A program made the translations under genes and the position numbers. A stretch of DNA of 64,000 nt from an uncultured Methanolobus sp. GTDB taxonomy: Archaea > Halobacteriota > Methanosarcinia > Methanosarcinales > Methanosarcinaceae. Positions 61,987-64,000 of this stretch are shown piece after piece (the first letter of the stretch is position 1; each line of letters starts with the position of its first letter). The notes beneath the pieces were generated by a model that had not been told where the DNA came from, searched no databases, and was given only the letters and a program-made list of their open reading frames with translations. The stretch spans positions 1,408,001 to 1,472,000 of the forward strand of contig OY776215.1 in the NCBI GenBank assembly GCA_963675495.1, written 5' to 3'.

Positions 61987-62781
61987 ATGAAAATACTCTA
62001 TTTTACAGCAACTGGTAATAGTCTATATATTGCAAAATCAATTGGTGGAGAATTGTATTCTATACCCCAGATGGTTAAAGAGGGAATCTATGACTTTACT
62101 GACGAAAAAATAGGCATTGTATTCCCTCTCCATGCATGGGGAGTGCCTTCTTATGTGGTAGATTTTCTGAAAAAAGCGACCTTTAACTGTGACTATCTCT
62201 TTGCTGTCACAACCTATGGCATATACTCTGGTGCAGTGGCGAAGCATTTAACGGACATTGGCAATGAGGCAGGGTTCACTTTCGATTATATCAATAAAAT
62301 CAAGATGGTGGACAACTATGTACCTACCTGCGATATGAAGAAACAGATTGAAAAGGAGCCTAAAAAGCAGATTGAAAAACATTTGGCAGCGGTCAGATCA
62401 GATATTGAAGCTTGTAAAAAATGGATCTTGAAAGAATCGTTCCTACATAAAGCGTCATTCAACTATATGGCCAGAAGAGGTAGCAAACCTTTCAATGAAA
62501 AGAGGTTAAAAGTTCACGTCTATGGTGAAGGGATTGAAAATTATATCTCTGTAGAAGATACTTGTACGCAATGTGGGATCTGTGCTCGCGTATGCCCGGT
62601 AGATAACATAGAGATGAACCAGGAAAATGGAAAGATATCTTTAAGTGATCGCTGTTTCATGTGTTTCGCATGTGTACATCATTGTCCTTCAAATGCTATT
62701 CATATTAAAGGGGAAGTTAGTGGAAATAGATTTAGAAATAGTCATATCAAGTTACAGGAAATTATTGAGGCTAATAAATAG
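61987..62781 (+). CDS. EFR1 family flavodoxin-ferredoxin fusion
   Basis: YFTATGNS; CTQCGICARVCP and CFMCFACVHHCP. Confidence 0.9.
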   Translation: MKILYFTATGNSLYIAKSIGGELYSIPQMVKEGIYDFTDEKIGIVFPLHAWGVPSYVVDFLKKATFNCDYLFAVTTYGIYSGAVAKHLTDIGNEAGFTFDYINKIKMVDNYVPTCDMKKQIEKEPKKQIEKHLAAVRSDIEACKKWILKESFLHKASFNYMARRGSKPFNEKRLKVHVYGEGIENYISVEDTCTQCGICARVCPVDNIEMNQENGKISLSDRCFMCFACVHHCPSNAIHIKGEVSGNRFRNSHIKLQEIIEANK

Positions 62782-62892
62782 AATTGTAATATCAGTTTAT
62801 CGCACAAGCTGCTGAAAAGGGCTCTGGGTGTTTTCTGAACAAAAAACATCCCTGAGCTGATCGCTGTAGTTTCACTAGAAAAGAGATATACT

Positions 62893-63354
62893 ATGCAGAA
62901 TACTAAGAAAATACATTACGAGCTTGAGCATTTCTATCCTAATGTTGACAGGCAAAAATTCTGGGATCTATTTGTCGACCATGAGGCCTGGTCAAACTCG
63001 GAATTCTTACCAGGGGAAATTACAATCATCAAACCCGGTAAAGACCATCCTCAAGGAGCAGGCGCTGTTCGATCCGTGGTAACGGGATCAATGAATATCA
63101 TAGAGGATATTGTAGGTTTTCATCCGCCGGAGTGTTTTAGTTATGTAACCCATAATGGCAGCATGCCAGTGAATGATTTTGGTGGCGAATTGTTCTTTGA
63201 AGAGCAGAAAGACGGGCTGCTCGTAAGGTATAAAGGCAGCTTTAATCCCAAATACTTTGGTACTGGTTGGATTTTTAAATATTTTTTGCGCTCGGCACAG
63301 AAATCAGTTTTTCAAAAGCTTGGAAAAGCGTATAAAGCTTACTATGATGTTTAG
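62893..63354 (+). CDS. SRPBCC / polyketide cyclase-like protein
   Basis: W..F.DHE.W, G.GAVR, E.IV.F.PP..F.Y. Confidence 0.75.
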   Translation: MQNTKKIHYELEHFYPNVDRQKFWDLFVDHEAWSNSEFLPGEITIIKPGKDHPQGAGAVRSVVTGSMNIIEDIVGFHPPECFSYVTHNGSMPVNDFGGELFFEEQKDGLLVRYKGSFNPKYFGTGWIFKYFLRSAQKSVFQKLGKAYKAYYDV

Positions 63355-63449
63355 CACACAGTCAATGAGCTTATCTAATTAGCTCCTAAATCCCTTCATT
63401 CTAATTAGACAATTATTTTCAATAAAATATCCCAAATGAATTTCTTTTC

Positions 63450-63710
63450 ATAACCCTATTTTGCACTTCTGTACTCTTTTTGAATGACACAAAAACAATC
63501 TGTAAACTGAAAACAAAATAACCATCCTCCGAAGGCGGCACATTCCAATATTTCTGCACAGAATACATTTTTAAAAATGATTGGAGTCATGTTGGTACAT
63601 TTCTGAGTACGATGAAATTATTTATTCCATTTTTTGGGAAAACGCCGGCTTCGCCGGGCCCTTCGGGATAATTTAAGTTATTCATGTGATGGCAGAATTT
63701 CTACAGAGCC
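63450..63710. repeat. candidate MITE/IS-end remnant with GAA-triloop hairpins
   Basis: CCTCC-GAA-GGCGG (63526), CCGGC-TTC-GCCGG (63645), CCC-TTC-GGG (63659); ends in TTTCTACAGAGCC. Confidence 0.35.
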
Positions 63711-64000
63711 CAAAAACCAAGTCTGCTTTTTTCAGGGATAAAAGTAACTCACATTTAAATATAATAAAATATATTATTTTTAATATTAATATTGGCAAAG
63801 ACGGCAAATATGCTACAGAGAACCAAAACCCATTGCAAATCTTATGGCAAGGGCCATAGACTTGATGGAAAGACCTACAAGGACTTGATGAAATGGCAAC
63901 ATATAGCGCATACGGAGGCCTTTACAGAGGCAAGGACGAAAAGAATTTCACATACTCTTCAGGACCATTCCTTAAATTAAAGGCGGACTCGAACAAGATC

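Noticed and set aside
63792-64000. Short ORFs at the window end (63792-63980 and a frame MATYSAYGGLYRGK... running off the edge)
   Set aside because: Coding-like but fragmentary; cannot be assigned without downstream sequence

Overview
Archaeal chromosomal segment from a methanogen of the Methanosarcinaceae (Methanolobus-like, inferred from gene content: hdrCB, MC1, mptA, sepS, fae-hps, aroA'/aroB'). Most of it is housekeeping: arg/pyr/dap/aro/gua biosynthesis, recQ, dinB, nth, hef, srp54, glyS, sepS and four tRNA genes. Accessory patches: (i) a ~3 kb decayed integrative element at tRNA-Val(CAC), bounded by a 47-bp att duplication. It carries one repeat-rich surface protein and an integrase-like stub read antisense through the att site. 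(ii) Two tandem encapsulated-ferritin-like genes with no encapsulin, a pirin relic and a HEAT-repeat lipoprotein. (iii) An SDR/EFR1/SRPBCC cluster behind paired palindromic operators. Features missed by the ORF track: a probable ATC start for the Hps-RraA gene, a 42-aa ORF with a probable ATA start, two stem-closed sRNA candidates and GAA-triloop hairpin elements. No CRISPR array, rRNA or intact transposase/integrase was seen. Family assignments come from motif recognition by eye, not database searches.
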